A stretch of DNA of 64,000 nucleotides from Actinomycetota bacterium (GTDB lineage: Bacteria; Actinomycetota; Actinomycetes; S36-B12; UBA5976), in assembly GCA_009885745.1 (NCBI GenBank), contig VFKC01000025.1:24415-88414 (forward strand), in the 5' to 3' direction. Position 1 is the first letter of the stretch, and every line of letters begins with the position of its first letter. Shown one piece after another: positions 1-10,354 of this stretch. The position numbers and the translations under genes were made by a program. The notes under the pieces are model-generated. The model was not told the DNA's origin and did not search any database. It was given only the letters and a program-made list of their open reading frames with translations.

Positions 1-822
1 GAGAAGATTGCCAATGCATCGCGCACAAGAGTAGCGGCACGTACGCATAGAGATACCCAGCGCCGCAAGACTGCACTTGAGTCATCATCGTTGCCGGCGA
101 AACTTAAGGATTGTCGAAGCGAGGACACCGAGCGTACCGAGTTGTTCATAGTTGAAGGTGACAGTGCTCTGGGAACTGCAAAGAGCGCGAGAAATAGCGA
201 GTTTCAGGCACTATTGCCGATTCGGGGCAAAATCCTAAATGTTCAAAAAGCCTCACTTGCTGACATGTTAAAGAATTCCGAATGTGCATCAATTTTGCAG
301 GTTATTGGCGCTGGTTCTGGCAGATCATTTGACCTAAGTCAGGTCCGCTATAACAAAATTATCATTTTGGCGGATGCTGATGTCGATGGCGCCCACATTC
401 GCACGCTTTTGTTAACCCTTTTCCATCGCTATTTGGAGCCACTGCTAGCGAATGGACAAATTTATGCAGCGGTGCCGCCATTACATCGCATAGATGTTAA
501 GAGCGGCGCTAAAAAGCCTGCTGAAGTTATTTATACATACAGTGACGCAGAGATGCGCGAAACGCTAACCCGGTTAACAAAGCAGGGTAGAACTTGGAAA
601 GAGCCAATCCAGAGGTATAAGGGACTTGGTGAAATGGACGCTGTTCAGTTAAGAGAAACTACGATGGATCCAACCAAGCGCTCCCTTAGACGGATAACAG
701 TCAGTGACGCAAACAGTGCGGCGCAAGTGTTTAATCTTTTGATGGGTAACGATGTGGCTCCGCGCAAGGAGTTCATCATTGAAGGGGCAGCGGCCTTAGA
801 TCGCTCAAAGATTGATGCTTAG
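1..822 (+). CDS. parE: DNA topoisomerase IV (GyrB/ParE family) subunit B, C-terminal portion; 5' end outside window
   Basis: Frame 1 is open from nt 1 (EKIANASRTR...), so the listed start at 91 is internal. TOPRIM/C-terminal motifs 'ELFIVEGDSALGTAK', 'IIILADADVDGAHIRTLLLT', 'QRYKGLGEMD'. ParE rather than GyrB is inferred: the partner A subunit is convergent and three genes away, and the locus is not a dnaA-recF-gyrBA context. Confidence 0.85.
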   Translation, partial: EKIANASRTRVAARTHRDTQRRKTALESSSLPAKLKDCRSEDTERTELFIVEGDSALGTAKSARNSEFQALLPIRGKILNVQKASLADMLKNSECASILQVIGAGSGRSFDLSQVRYNKIIILADADVDGAHIRTLLLTLFHRYLEPLLANGQIYAAVPPLHRIDVKSGAKKPAEVIYTYSDAEMRETLTRLTKQGRTWKEPIQRYKGLGEMDAVQLRETTMDPTKRSLRRITVSDANSAAQVFNLLMGNDVAPRKEFIIEGAAALDRSKIDA

Positions 823-828
823 GACTTT

Positions 829-1350
829 TTAAGTATCAATCACGTTTAGTTTGCCTGTATGCACATCAAACAACGCGCCACCAACAGCAACGCCAGGTGC
901 GAGTAATGGATAAGTGCGGATGCGAGCGATGTCGCCCTGTAGAGCCCCGAGCTGATCTGATACAGTCCTAAATTCAACGCTTCGAGTATCAACGCCATGG
1001 TCAGCATAGATTGTGTTGTGTATTTCTTGTTCTGTTGCTGAAGCCATTCTGCAGTCTGTGTGTGGCATCACCAAGATGCGATTTACGCCCAATAGAAATG
1101 TTGCCAGTACCAAAGTACGTAAAACGTCATCAGTTACTCGCGCACCAGCATTTCTCAAAATCTTAACGTCGCCTGGATTCATGCCAACAATTTCCAACGG
1201 ACTTATCCGAGAATCCATGCAGGTAATTATCGCTAGTCCCTTTAGTGCCCGACCTGTTAAATGCTGATCGTCAAAACTCTCCGCAAAATCATTGTTTGCC
1301 GCCAGAACATCACTGAATGCATCAAAAGGGAATCTATGCTCTAAGTTCAT
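829..1350 (-). CDS. beta-class carbonic anhydrase
   Basis: Zinc-ligand motifs 'CMDSRISPLE' and 'HTDCRMA' are typical of beta-CAs. ATG at 1350 (MNLEHRF...) is preferred because the longer ORF to 1395 would overlap the upstream gene, which stops at 1355. Confidence 0.85.
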   Translation of the reverse strand: MNLEHRFPFDAFSDVLAANNDFAESFDDQHLTGRALKGLAIITCMDSRISPLEIVGMNPGDVKILRNAGARVTDDVLRTLVLATFLLGVNRILVMPHTDCRMASATEQEIHNTIYADHGVDTRSVEFRTVSDQLGALQGDIARIRTYPLLAPGVAVGGALFDVHTGKLNVIDT

Positions 1351-1354
1351 AGCA

Positions 1355-2332
1355 CTATTCTGCACTACCGGTTGAGTGGCCTGGAAATACCCCATGTGAG
1401 GGATCGATTAGGGGTGCCGCGTTATTTACCGCGGTACCCGCTTCACCAAAGCCGACACTAATCAAAGGAACTTTACCGGGGTACACCGTAATGTCGCCAG
1501 CAGCAAAGACCCGAGGAAGATTTGTCTGCATGGCTGTGCCAACCACAATCCGTCGCTTTGATAGTTCCAAGCCCCACTCGGCAATGGGTCCAATATTAGC
1601 AACGAAACCAAGAGCAGCAACTATTGTCTGGGCAGGCAATACGCGCACCTGATTCGTTAATTTATTTAGGATGCTAACACCAGAGACGCAATCATCGCCG
1701 TTGATTTCGCAAACTTCACTATCTGTTATGAGTTCAACTCCGAGGTCTCTAATTTTCTGCACGCTAGATGCGTGAGCCCGAAAACTATCTCGACGATGTA
1801 CTAAAGTGACGGACCTTGCGATTGGAAAAAGTGAATATGCCCAGTCGAAAGCAGAATCGCCACCGCCAACAATCACCACGTCTCTACCGGCGTGGTCTGC
1901 AAGTTTGGGCACAAAATAAACAACACCTTTGCCAACGTATTCCGGACCTACTGGTAATTCTCGGGGGGAGAAAGCCCCTATTCCACCGGTAATGATGACT
2001 GACTTAGCTTCGATCTCAGTGTTACTGGCGGTTTGGACTCTGACAGGCCCAGCTTCACTTGTTTGCAAGTCGATTACCTGTTCACCTAGTAAGTACTTTG
2101 GATTGAACTGCCCTGCTTGAGCCAGCAAACCATCTACTAGGTCTTTACCCTTAATCGTTGGGAAACCTGCAACATCGAAAATTTCCTTTTCAGGGTACAT
2201 TGCAGATATTTGACCACCGGCAACAGATAGTGCATCTACAACAATGACTGAGAAGCCACGAAACCCAGCGTAGTAAGCCGCATATAATCCGGCTGGTCCT
2301 GCACCTATTACAAGAACATCACATCTAATCAT
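1355..2332 (-). CDS. ferredoxin--NADP(+) reductase, thioredoxin-reductase-like (YumC type)
   Basis: FAD fold 'VLVIGAGPAGLYAAYYA', second Rossmann 'VVIVGGGDSAFDWA', 'FAAGDI'. No CxxC redox disulfide of a true TrxB is visible. Confidence 0.8.
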   Translation of the reverse strand: MIRCDVLVIGAGPAGLYAAYYAGFRGFSVIVVDALSVAGGQISAMYPEKEIFDVAGFPTIKGKDLVDGLLAQAGQFNPKYLLGEQVIDLQTSEAGPVRVQTASNTEIEAKSVIITGGIGAFSPRELPVGPEYVGKGVVYFVPKLADHAGRDVVIVGGGDSAFDWAYSLFPIARSVTLVHRRDSFRAHASSVQKIRDLGVELITDSEVCEINGDDCVSGVSILNKLTNQVRVLPAQTIVAALGFVANIGPIAEWGLELSKRRIVVGTAMQTNLPRVFAAGDITVYPGKVPLISVGFGEAGTAVNNAAPLIDPSHGVFPGHSTGSAE

Positions 2333-2360
2333 GTTCTAACCGTAGTAGTTCTTTTGAGAA

Positions 2361-3635
2361 CTAGTTGGATGAAGCGGTAGGTGAATCAGACAGATAATCA
2401 GAAAGTGTTCTATTCCATGTCCCTTGAGTGAGTTTGAGCAAATCCTTTTTTGTGCCGTTAAAAACGTTTAAATCAAGATGGTGTGGACCAGTACCTATAC
2501 CTGACACACAGTACCGAGCATGAGACGGACAAGGTTTACCATTCTGTGGTCGCCAAGGTATCCCGAACTTATCTCGATTTCCCGAGTTAGTGTATTGCCA
2601 GAAAGTCCAAATTGACCGGCATCCCGAAACTGTCCAGGCGGATTGGAAACAATCATTCCCGCCGTAGGTTAAGCCTCCTACCCGAACCTTTGGGTCGCCA
2701 GGATCACCAGGCTGAGCCAACCAAAGGTGCGACATCTTCAAATAGTCCCGTACAACGGATTTTTTTGCATAGCGGGTAGCTAAGAAACTGCGGTAGGAAT
2801 AGATTATTGGGCGTCTATGAGTCAGGCTCATAAATTGTTTGATAAAAGTTTTAGTCCAAATGAAAAGAGAAGCTTGGTTTACCTTTGAATTGATACCTTC
2901 CATATCAAGTGTGTACGGCAAAGTTCGATTGTCGTATCCGCCGAGTTCTCTAAGTCTTGTGGCAGCCAAAGTTCCCTGACGTTTCGCGCTAGACATGAGA
3001 GTCGGCGTTGAGTTTGTAGCAGGCACAGACACCATGTGGTAGTAACCAACTATCAATCCGGCAACTTTCGCCCTTTGTGCATCCTCCAGAACATACTTTC
3101 GGGCAATTGCATCTTCGCTGCGTGTGCCATCTGAGGCCTTGATAATGACAAAAGAGGATCCAGCAGCAGCCATGTCAGCAAAATTTATCTGCTTGCCAGA
3201 AATGTGTTGCCATCTAGAAATGTCCAAACCAAAGATTCGATTCCCGGGACCGCTGTTTTCGATTGGAGCTTCAACAACAACTAGGCGAATCACGCTCGCT
3301 GGATACTGACCACCACAGGCGACCTTGAAGATTACAACGCCACTCGACTTTGGTGATGTTGCTTTAAATTGCCACCTACCCGATTGGGCAAAACTGGTGC
3401 CTAACGAAGTCCATTTCCCGCGACTATGTTGCGAGATTGAAATCTCCCTGCCCGAGCATGCTCCCTGAGCTTTGCCAGTTAACAAGATGCTCTGATTTCT
3501 GATTAAAACTGTTGGCAGCTCGTTGATAGTTAAATTTGGCACGTACGCCCCTGCTGAGATTATGCCACCCAATAAAAACGAAAACAGAAGAACAATAGAA
3601 CACACCCTTGATAAGAAAACTCCTTTTGTCCTCAT
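2361..3635 (-). CDS. secreted/membrane-anchored GH25 muramidase (lysozyme) with N-terminal extra domain
   Basis: GH25 signature blocks 'GLDISRWQHISGKQINFADMAAAGSSFVIIKASDG', 'GYYHM', 'YTLDMEG', 'PIIYSY', 'WTFWQYTNSG', 'DLNVFNG'. N-terminal hydrophobic signal/anchor 'VCSIVLLFSFLLGGIISAGA'. Start at M13 (3635) is chosen to avoid overlapping parC; the alternative start is 3671. Confidence 0.8.
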   Translation of the reverse strand: MRTKGVFLSRVCSIVLLFSFLLGGIISAGAYVPNLTINELPTVLIRNQSILLTGKAQGACSGREISISQHSRGKWTSLGTSFAQSGRWQFKATSPKSSGVVIFKVACGGQYPASVIRLVVVEAPIENSGPGNRIFGLDISRWQHISGKQINFADMAAAGSSFVIIKASDGTRSEDAIARKYVLEDAQRAKVAGLIVGYYHMVSVPATNSTPTLMSSAKRQGTLAATRLRELGGYDNRTLPYTLDMEGINSKVNQASLFIWTKTFIKQFMSLTHRRPIIYSYRSFLATRYAKKSVVRDYLKMSHLWLAQPGDPGDPKVRVGGLTYGGNDCFQSAWTVSGCRSIWTFWQYTNSGNRDKFGIPWRPQNGKPCPSHARYCVSGIGTGPHHLDLNVFNGTKKDLLKLTQGTWNRTLSDYLSDSPTASSN

Positions 3636-3648
3636 AGTTTCAAGTAAC

Positions 3649-6069
3649 TCAAAAACTTGGCAATCCTGCAATTGCGGAAACTGGTTTAGTTAGAGTCTGG
3701 CCAGATCCGTCCCTTTTGCCGTACGTAGTCGGAACTTCCACAGCAGCACCATTGGATCCACATGCATGCAGAGGATTTACACCTACTGCAGCGTTAACCA
3801 GAATATTTTCCCCCGATAGGAACTTGTGGCATCGAACTCCGCCAGTTCCGCGGCCTTTGGGTGGAAATTGCGCAAGCGGAGTCAATTTAATGCTGTGCCC
3901 TGATGTGCCTGGCAGTGCCCCTGAGTCACCGGCGACGGTAGCCACAACAACGTCATCGGCCGGCTCCACAACAACACCAGAAATAACCCTTGCTCCATTG
4001 CCCAGTCGAAGTCCGGCAATGCCTCCTGCGCCTCGACCAGTGGCTCGAATGTCGCTGGCTGGGAATCGTAAGAGTTGCGCGTCATCAGAGATCAGAATGA
4101 CCTGGCCAGAAGCACCCAACACTTGTGTTGCGCCAACGAGATAATCATTATCTTCCAGCCGGATGACGCTCCAGTCAGATGCACTATTCGGCACGTCGTA
4201 GGCGACCCGCTTCACGATCCCATTAGCGGTGGCCACAATCAAGGTCTGGTTCTCGTCATCTAGTGCCATTAAAGCCAGCGCACGCTCATCTTTGGCCAAG
4301 CTGACAAACTCTTTAAGGGCCCCGCCACCGCTTAGCGTTAGCGAGCCAGAGGCAGGCAAAGCCGGCAATCCGATAACTTGCAGTCGTAGAACTCTTCCCG
4401 CGCTTGTGATGAGTCCTACATCTGCTCGCGCTGAAGTCGCAACTATCGACTTAATCGTGTCATGTGCTGCGCGCTTGGGGCCAAAAACGCGTGGACTGTT
4501 GTCAGTAGTTCGTGCAATAAGCCCGGTGGCAGAGAGTAAAACGTGACAGGCAACATCTTCAACCTCTAAGGGGATTGCAGAACCGGAGGAAACAATTCCC
4601 ATATCAGAAAGCAATACCGTGCGCCTATCGTCGCCGAATAGTTTGGCAACTTCGTTCAATTCATCGGACACAACTTTACGCAGGCGTTTATCGTTGTTGA
4701 TGATGTCGTCCAAATCACCGATGATCTCAAGGAGTTCACTCTGCTCTTTCTCTAACTCCAAGCGCGAGAATTTTGTCAATCTTCTTAAAGGCATTTCGAG
4801 AATATAATTTGTTTGAATTTCGCTGAGTTCGAATGCCTTCCTAAGCCTTTCTCGAGCACTCGCAGTGTCATCGCTGGCACGAATAACTGCGATAACTTCA
4901 TCAATGTCGAGAATCGCGACTAGCAAACCATCAACAAGATGCAATCTGTCTGAGGCTCTATTTCGACGAAATTGTGAACGACGATGAACTACAACGAGTC
5001 GATGATCAAGGAAAACTTGTAACAGTTGTTTTAGTCCCAATGTGATTGGCTGTCCATTTACCAACGCAACATTATTGATGTGGAACGAATCTTCTAGGGG
5101 AGTGAGTTTATAGAGTTGCTCGAGTACTGCCGACGGATTGAAACCATTTTTGATCTCAATCACCAATTCCAGACCAGATTCAAAATCAGTCAGATCAGTG
5201 ATGTCAGAAATCCCTTGGATTTTTTTTGCGGTAACTAGATCTTTTATTCGTTCGATAATTCTTTCCGGACCGACCTGGTAGGGGAGTTCCCGAACTACAA
5301 GTCCCTGCTTGCGAGCAGATACCTGCTCAATAGATACAGCTGAGCGGATTCTGAAACTGCCACGACCAGTTTCATAGGCATCCCGAATGCCATCTAGTCC
5401 AATCACTATGCCGCCAGTGGGAAGGTCGGGTCCGGGGACAAAATCCATTAGTTCTGCAAGTGTTGCTTTGGGATATTTCAGCAGGTGCTGTGCGGCAGCG
5501 ATCACCTCGCGCAGATTGTGAGGCGGCATGTTAGTTGCCATACCGACCGCAATTCCGGATGCCCCGTTAACTAAGAGATTCGGAATTGCAGAGGGTAGAA
5601 CACTTGGCTCCATTTCTCTGCCGTCGTAATTGGGCGTGAAATCAACGACGTCCTCATCGAGTGAGTCGACCATTGCGTGTGCCGGGGTGGCCAGACGGGC
5701 CTCGGTATATCTGTAGGCTGCCGGTCCTTCGTCCATTGAGCCAAAATTGCCATGCCCGTCCACAAACGGCAGACGTAGCGACCATGACTGAGCCATCCGA
5801 ACCAAGGCGTCATAGATTGCGCTGTCCCCATGTGGATGTAACTTTCCCATCACTTCACCGACGACTCGCGCACTTTTAACATGCCCTTTGTCTGAACGTA
5901 GGCCCATTGCTGCCATGGTGTGCAGAATTCTTCGCTGAACGGGTTTTAAACCATCACGTGCATCGGGGAGCGCGCGTGAATAAATAACAGAGTAGGCGTA
6001 TTCTAAAAAAGAGCCTTGCATTTCAGCAGCGACATCGATGTCAATTATTCTGTTTTCGGTCGCAGACAT
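3649..6069 (-). CDS. parC: DNA topoisomerase IV subunit A (GyrA/ParC family)
   Basis: 806 aa. '[12 protein letters not shown]', '[17 protein letters not shown]', catalytic-Tyr region '[10 protein letters not shown]', and a C-terminal beta-pinwheel-like repeats region. ParC versus GyrA is inferred from context. Confidence 0.88.
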   Translation of the reverse strand: MSATENRIIDIDVAAEMQGSFLEYAYSVIYSRALPDARDGLKPVQRRILHTMAAMGLRSDKGHVKSARVVGEVMGKLHPHGDSAIYDALVRMAQSWSLRLPFVDGHGNFGSMDEGPAAYRYTEARLATPAHAMVDSLDEDVVDFTPNYDGREMEPSVLPSAIPNLLVNGASGIAVGMATNMPPHNLREVIAAAQHLLKYPKATLAELMDFVPGPDLPTGGIVIGLDGIRDAYETGRGSFRIRSAVSIEQVSARKQGLVVRELPYQVGPERIIERIKDLVTAKKIQGISDITDLTDFESGLELVIEIKNGFNPSAVLEQLYKLTPLEDSFHINNVALVNGQPITLGLKQLLQVFLDHRLVVVHRRSQFRRNRASDRLHLVDGLLVAILDIDEVIAVIRASDDTASARERLRKAFELSEIQTNYILEMPLRRLTKFSRLELEKEQSELLEIIGDLDDIINNDKRLRKVVSDELNEVAKLFGDDRRTVLLSDMGIVSSGSAIPLEVEDVACHVLLSATGLIARTTDNSPRVFGPKRAAHDTIKSIVATSARADVGLITSAGRVLRLQVIGLPALPASGSLTLSGGGALKEFVSLAKDERALALMALDDENQTLIVATANGIVKRVAYDVPNSASDWSVIRLEDNDYLVGATQVLGASGQVILISDDAQLLRFPASDIRATGRGAGGIAGLRLGNGARVISGVVVEPADDVVVATVAGDSGALPGTSGHSIKLTPLAQFPPKGRGTGGVRCHKFLSGENILVNAAVGVNPLHACGSNGAAVEVPTTYGKRDGSGQTLTKPVSAIAGLPSF

Positions 6070-6112
6070 TTAAGGCCCTTTGTTTCCTTCACTTGGGATA
6101 AAATTTAGCCCG

Positions 6113-6886
6113 TTAATCAGCTGGCTTGTTTCCAAAAAGTATGTCGTCCCAGGAGGGTTCCTGCGAATCATGCTTTGGCACAGGAATTGGTACCGGCATT
6201 GTGGGGTGACCTGGACCAGCCCAGGCGGGAGGCTCCAATTCGTCAATATTTGTATTTTCAGCAGCAGATGTCGCGGCGGGTAGACCGACAAGCCGAGGCC
6301 GCTGTTCTTCGGTCTTTGTTGCGACTGCTGCATCTTCCTGAATTAGCCACCTAGCCTCATCATCAATGGCCAAGATGCTCTGACTCAGCGGATCAAAAAT
6401 CCAAGTTGCCAGTCCATTGCCGGAACCTATTTGCCAATTGATAGTCACAGTCCAACGTGAATCTTCACGTCGCCATGAATCCCATGTGTAAACCAAAGAA
6501 TCTGTATCGCGATCCGATATCTGGAACATAACTGCTTCAAATAGTGTGACATCCGAGTCAGGACGTCTTAAGAAAGTTTGTTGCGCTCGGTTAGCCATAT
6601 GATTGCGTTCTGCAAGTACCGGGCCGGCGTAACGGGCTATTCGATCGTTGGCCACGCCCGACTCAAGCGCAATTTGTTCAACTGACTCGCCACGCCTAAT
6701 CCTCGTTTGAATGTCTCGAGGAGACACCCCAAGAGCCACCGTGCTTTCACCTGTTTGTTTAGTGACGTTAGTTACGCTGCGCACGAGGTGCTCATCAATA
6801 GCCAACTGGAATTCCTGACCATCATCATCCATCAACAAAAGCCGTTCATTGTCATTTGTCCGACCAACAAAAATTAATTCAGTCAC
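6113..6886 (-). CDS. sepH: septation protein SepH-like (DUF3071)
   Basis: The N-terminal block 'SPRDIQTRIRRGESVEQIALESGVANDRIARYAGPVLAERNHMA' matches the DUF3071/SepH helix-turn-helix signature as I remember it. The C-terminus is acidic/Pro-rich and looks disordered. Confidence 0.7.
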   Translation of the reverse strand: MTELIFVGRTNDNERLLLMDDDGQEFQLAIDEHLVRSVTNVTKQTGESTVALGVSPRDIQTRIRRGESVEQIALESGVANDRIARYAGPVLAERNHMANRAQQTFLRRPDSDVTLFEAVMFQISDRDTDSLVYTWDSWRREDSRWTVTINWQIGSGNGLATWIFDPLSQSILAIDDEARWLIQEDAAVATKTEEQRPRLVGLPAATSAAENTNIDELEPPAWAGPGHPTMPVPIPVPKHDSQEPSWDDILFGNKPAD

Positions 6887-7021
6887 AGAAAGCCTTTCAG
6901 GTAAATCTACGTTCTAAGTGTCGCGCGAAACCGCCCTGTAATCAGGTATTCGATAGGTGTGTCGGTTGATTTTCATACCTGATTCGTAAACAGGGGGACC
7001 CGAATAGACCATGATGGTGTC

Positions 7022-7843
7022 ATGACTTTTTCTGATTTTTCGAACAACCCTGATGTTTCGTTCGCTATTGAAACTGCTCAGTTAGTCGGAAAAGTTCTGC
7101 TAGAGCGCCCTGACACTCTTGAAATATCGACCAAGTCAACAAAAACTGATGTGGTGACCCACATGGATAAATTGGCTGAGCAGATGATTGTTCAGCGGAT
7201 TGAGGAATTACGCCCGTTGGACGGCATTTTGGCTGAAGAAGGTGCGAGTAAAGAGTCGCTAAGCGGCTTGCAATGGGTGATTGATCCAATAGATGGAACT
7301 GTCAATTACCTATACGATTTACCGTTTTGGTGCATCTCTATCGCGCTTATTCAGCTTGAAACGAGTGAGCCATTGGTAGGCGTGGTCTTAGCACCAGCGC
7401 TAGGTGAAATGTACGTCGCTAGCATTGGCTTTGGCTCGTGGCGAGTCACAACGCACTCAGCAATCAGAATCAACACCTCAGACACAGTTGAACTTTCACA
7501 AAGCCTCATGGGCACAGGATTTGGGTACGCCGTGCAACAACGCAAGCAACAGGCAGCCGTCCTTAATTACGTACTGCCAAGTGTTCGTGATATCCGTCGA
7601 ATGGGTTCATGTGCAATCGATTTATGCGAAGTCGCCAGCGGTCGCCTAGATGGTTTTTACGAGAAGGGCGTCAATCATTGGGACTACGCGGCCGGAGCGC
7701 TAATTGTGCGCGAGGCTGGGGGTATTGTTAGCGGAATCCAAGGCAAACCAGAAGGAACCGACATGCTTTTAGCATGCGCGCCTGGTATCCACCAGCAGAT
7801 GAATGGTTTGCTAGAAACTGCAACGCGAGAGTTGAGACAATAA
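7022..7843 (+). CDS. inositol monophosphatase family protein (SuhB/ImpA/HisN-like)
   Basis: Motifs 'ILAEEG', 'WVIDPIDGTVNY', 'WDYAAG'. The exact substrate cannot be inferred. Confidence 0.85.
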   Translation: MTFSDFSNNPDVSFAIETAQLVGKVLLERPDTLEISTKSTKTDVVTHMDKLAEQMIVQRIEELRPLDGILAEEGASKESLSGLQWVIDPIDGTVNYLYDLPFWCISIALIQLETSEPLVGVVLAPALGEMYVASIGFGSWRVTTHSAIRINTSDTVELSQSLMGTGFGYAVQQRKQQAAVLNYVLPSVRDIRRMGSCAIDLCEVASGRLDGFYEKGVNHWDYAAGALIVREAGGIVSGIQGKPEGTDMLLACAPGIHQQMNGLLETATRELRQ

Positions 7844-8364
7844 TGCCAATCTATGCCTATGGGCTCAAAGAGCCAAAGATTCATCCGAATGCTTTTGTGC
7901 ATCCTGATGCGGTCATTATTGGCGACGTAACCATTGGAAATCTGGCATCAATTTGGCCATGCGCAGTGTTGCGAGCAGATTCAAATCGAATAGTAATTGG
8001 CGAGAGGACTTCAATTCAAGATGGTGCTGTTGTTCATGTCACATCTGACTTGCCAACACTAATCGGTGCAGGTTGTACGGTCGGCCATAACGCACATCTA
8101 GAGGGTTGCACAATGCAAGATGGTTCCTTAGTGGGATCGGGTGCTCTGATTCTTCACAATGTAGTAGTTGAATCAGGGGCTTTGGTAGGGGCTGGGGCAG
8201 TGGTTACCCATGGGACGATTGTTCCCAAAGGGGCACTTGCAGTTGGGGTTCCGGCTAAAATTCTCGAAGGTCGTGCAAACGAGCAAGTTATTGCTTACTC
8301 TGTAGCAACGTACGTACGCAATGCCGCTGAGTATCCAAACATCATGCGTCGACTAGATGTGTAG
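7843..8364 (+). CDS. gamma-class carbonic anhydrase family / left-handed beta-helix (hexapeptide) protein
   Basis: 'MPIYAYG...IHPNAFVHPDAVIIGDVTIG', repeated hexapeptide pattern, His-containing 'VHV...GHNAHLEGC'. The ATG at 7843 overlaps the upstream TAA (TAATG). Confidence 0.8.
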   Translation: MPIYAYGLKEPKIHPNAFVHPDAVIIGDVTIGNLASIWPCAVLRADSNRIVIGERTSIQDGAVVHVTSDLPTLIGAGCTVGHNAHLEGCTMQDGSLVGSGALILHNVVVESGALVGAGAVVTHGTIVPKGALAVGVPAKILEGRANEQVIAYSVATYVRNAAEYPNIMRRLDV

Positions 8365-8463
8365 GGTCGGTGCAAGACTGGCTTTAGGTATGAAGTAGTG
8401 TCGCAAGGCGTTGGCCGATGTATTGGTTAGCCAATACAACCAGTAGGAGAAGTGAGACAAAAC

Positions 8464-8760
8464 ATGGCGACTGACTATGACGCGCCGCGCAAGACTGACG
8501 AAGAATTAAGTGCGGAGAGCCTAGAGGATTTAAAGGCACAGCATGCTTCTAAGACATCGAGCAAAGTTGATGTGGATGAAGCCGATTTAGCCGAGACATT
8601 GGAATTACCTGGAGCCGATCTCTCAGATGTCTCTATCACTGTAACTGTGATTCCCAGGAAGGCGGATGAGTTCACCTGCTCGCGCTGTTTCCTAGTAAAC
8701 CATCAAAGCCAATTGGCAAAAAAGGTGAAGGGTCTGCCAGTCTGCAACGACTGCGCTTAA
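8464..8760 (+). CDS. DUF4193 domain protein (acidic N-terminus, C-terminal CxxC...CxxC)
   Basis: N-terminus 'MATDYDAPRKTDEE' and C-terminal 'CSRCFLVNHQSQLA...CNDCA'. Its position next to DUF3093/dut matches other actinobacteria. An alternative GTG start lies at 8452. Confidence 0.65.
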   Translation: MATDYDAPRKTDEELSAESLEDLKAQHASKTSSKVDVDEADLAETLELPGADLSDVSITVTVIPRKADEFTCSRCFLVNHQSQLAKKVKGLPVCNDCA

Positions 8761-8784
8761 CTTTTTTGTTCAACTAGCGCACTT

Positions 8785-9264
8785 CTAGATGGCTTTTAGT
8801 TCATTTAACACTCGCACAATTTGCTCGGGCCTTCTGGTGGAAAAATGCCAAAACGGATGGGGATCTTTGGTGTCAACTATTTCCAACACGACGGATGATT
8901 TTATTCCTGGTCGCAATACAAAATAAGCTATCTTGCTCGACGAACTCTTGCGGGCATCGGCTAATTTCATGGGATTAAGATTCTCAACCCTGCCAATGTG
9001 TGAGATATCAATAGTGGCCAGACCAACTTGAATTTGGCGGGCGGTTATGCGAATCTGCGGACTCTGCAGGATTGCACCGGCGAGGAAAATCGAGCTGCTT
9101 ATTGTGAATGTAAGCCAGCCGATGTTTGCGCCGTATGGCTTGCCAAAAGCGATTCCCAACGAGGCGGTCATGAATAGGATGAAAGCAGCGAAGCCAAGGC
9201 CAGGAAATAACTTTTCGCGATAAACGACATTTTCATTTAAATTTACACTTCGAGATAAGTTCAC
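8785..9264 (-). CDS. DUF3093-like membrane protein
   Basis: Two N-terminal hydrophobic helices ([21 protein letters not shown]; [17 protein letters not shown]) followed by a soluble domain. The family call rests on its conserved position between DUF4193 and dut. Confidence 0.55.
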   Translation of the reverse strand: MNLSRSVNLNENVVYREKLFPGLGFAAFILFMTASLGIAFGKPYGANIGWLTFTISSSIFLAGAILQSPQIRITARQIQVGLATIDISHIGRVENLNPMKLADARKSSSSKIAYFVLRPGIKSSVVLEIVDTKDPHPFWHFSTRRPEQIVRVLNELKAI

Positions 9265-9320
9265 AGGGCCACTCGCTAGTCTTGTATCAGTTCTGGCAAT
9301 CGGAAAAAAATAGGAAAAAC

Positions 9321-9764
9321 GTGACTGAAATCCAATTTACCCTGTTTCATAGCTCGGCAGTAACACCAAAGTATGCCCACGTCACGGATGCTGGGGCAGA
9401 CTTAAGTTGCATTGAGGACATTGATCTGCAACCTGGGCAAAGGACACTGGCAAGAACTGGCATCGGAATCGCATTACCCGAGGGTTTTGTTGGTCTGGTT
9501 CACCCTCGTTCTGGGCTGGCCTTGGAACAGGGGATCTCAATTGTAAATACTCCTGGAACTATCGATGCTGGATACAGAGGAGAGATCAAGATTTGTTTAA
9601 TCAATCTTGATAATGAACACAGCGTTCATCTACCGGCGGGAACCCGTATTGCTCAACTGGTGATTCAAGAATTTGTAAGAGCGAGTTTTAATTTTGTTGA
9701 ATCACTCGGGGACTCTGATCGCGGTACTGCAGGCTTTGGCTCAACAGGAATGTTTGGTGAATAG
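9321..9764 (+). CDS. dut: dUTP diphosphatase
   Basis: dUTPase motifs 'AGADL', 'HPRSGLA', '[11 protein letters not shown]', 'RIAQLV', '[10 protein letters not shown]'. GTG at 9321 is preceded by 'AGGAAAAAC'. The ORF track's TTG at 9282 is an alternative start. Confidence 0.9.
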   Translation: MTEIQFTLFHSSAVTPKYAHVTDAGADLSCIEDIDLQPGQRTLARTGIGIALPEGFVGLVHPRSGLALEQGISIVNTPGTIDAGYRGEIKICLINLDNEHSVHLPAGTRIAQLVIQEFVRASFNFVESLGDSDRGTAGFGSTGMFGE

Positions 9765-10284
9765 GTTTGCATCATTCGACGATACGGATGCACTTGCGTA
9801 TCTGGATTTAGGATCACTGCGCATTCCGCTTTTGGAACAAATGAATATCGAGTTAGATGTCGATCAAGAGACTGGTCAAGTAGTCTCAGTTTCCATATCG
9901 CTAGATGCTTCCATTGTTTCGATCCAAGCTTTTTCTGCGCCTAAGGACGAGCAGGCCTGGCCGAGCGTGCGTGACGCTATTGTTGCTGAATTATCCAACC
10001 AGCACGTAGATACGAAATTTGTTATCGGGCGTTTTGGTAGCGAGATTCACTGCACTATGCCGACCCTTGATGAGCAAGGTATACAGATTGTGCAAAACAT
10101 TCGTTTTGTTGGTCTTGATGGACCCAGATGGTTCCTACGTTGCACAGTTGGGGGCGTTGCAGCCGAATCGGATAACGATGAAAATGACATTGATGAATTG
10201 ATCTCTCGGATTCAAGTTTCAAGAGGTGATTTGCCCATGCCCCCCGGTGAATTGTTACCTTTAGAAATCCCAGATTCGCTCTAG
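9757..10284 (+). CDS. DUF3710-like protein
   Basis: Acidic ~175-aa protein directly after dut. The GTG at 9757 overlaps the dut stop by 8 nt. The family call rests on conserved synteny (dut-DUF3710-OB-DUF3159) and is from memory. Confidence 0.55.
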   Translation: MNRFASFDDTDALAYLDLGSLRIPLLEQMNIELDVDQETGQVVSVSISLDASIVSIQAFSAPKDEQAWPSVRDAIVAELSNQHVDTKFVIGRFGSEIHCTMPTLDEQGIQIVQNIRFVGLDGPRWFLRCTVGGVAAESDNDENDIDELISRIQVSRGDLPMPPGELLPLEIPDSL

Positions 10285-10354
10285 CGCTGGAACAAACTTG
10301 GTGAGACCTAACAGCTTGTCCCTCACCAACTCGTTTCCAAGTTACAGTTAGTAG

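Noticed and set aside
5220-5227. T8 homopolymer (A8 on the coding strand, encoding KK) inside parC, a potential slippage or frameshift site
   Set aside because: The parC reading frame is continuous through it and the protein aligns end to end with the GyrA/ParC family. There is no sign of a frameshift.
1-6069. Alternative reading of the two type IIA topoisomerase genes as gyrB/gyrA
   Set aside because: The genes are convergent and separated by three unrelated genes. They sit beside sepH rather than the dnaA-dnaN-recF origin cluster where actinobacterial gyrBA normally lies. Topo IV (parE/parC) is therefore more likely, though only a phylogeny or a GyrA-box check would settle it.
8420-8437. 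Perfect 7-bp hairpin GTATTGG-TTAG-CCAATAC in the leader of the DUF4193 gene
   Set aside because: It is small and isolated, and I know of no RNA family it matches. It could be an mRNA-stabilising stem or a chance occurrence.
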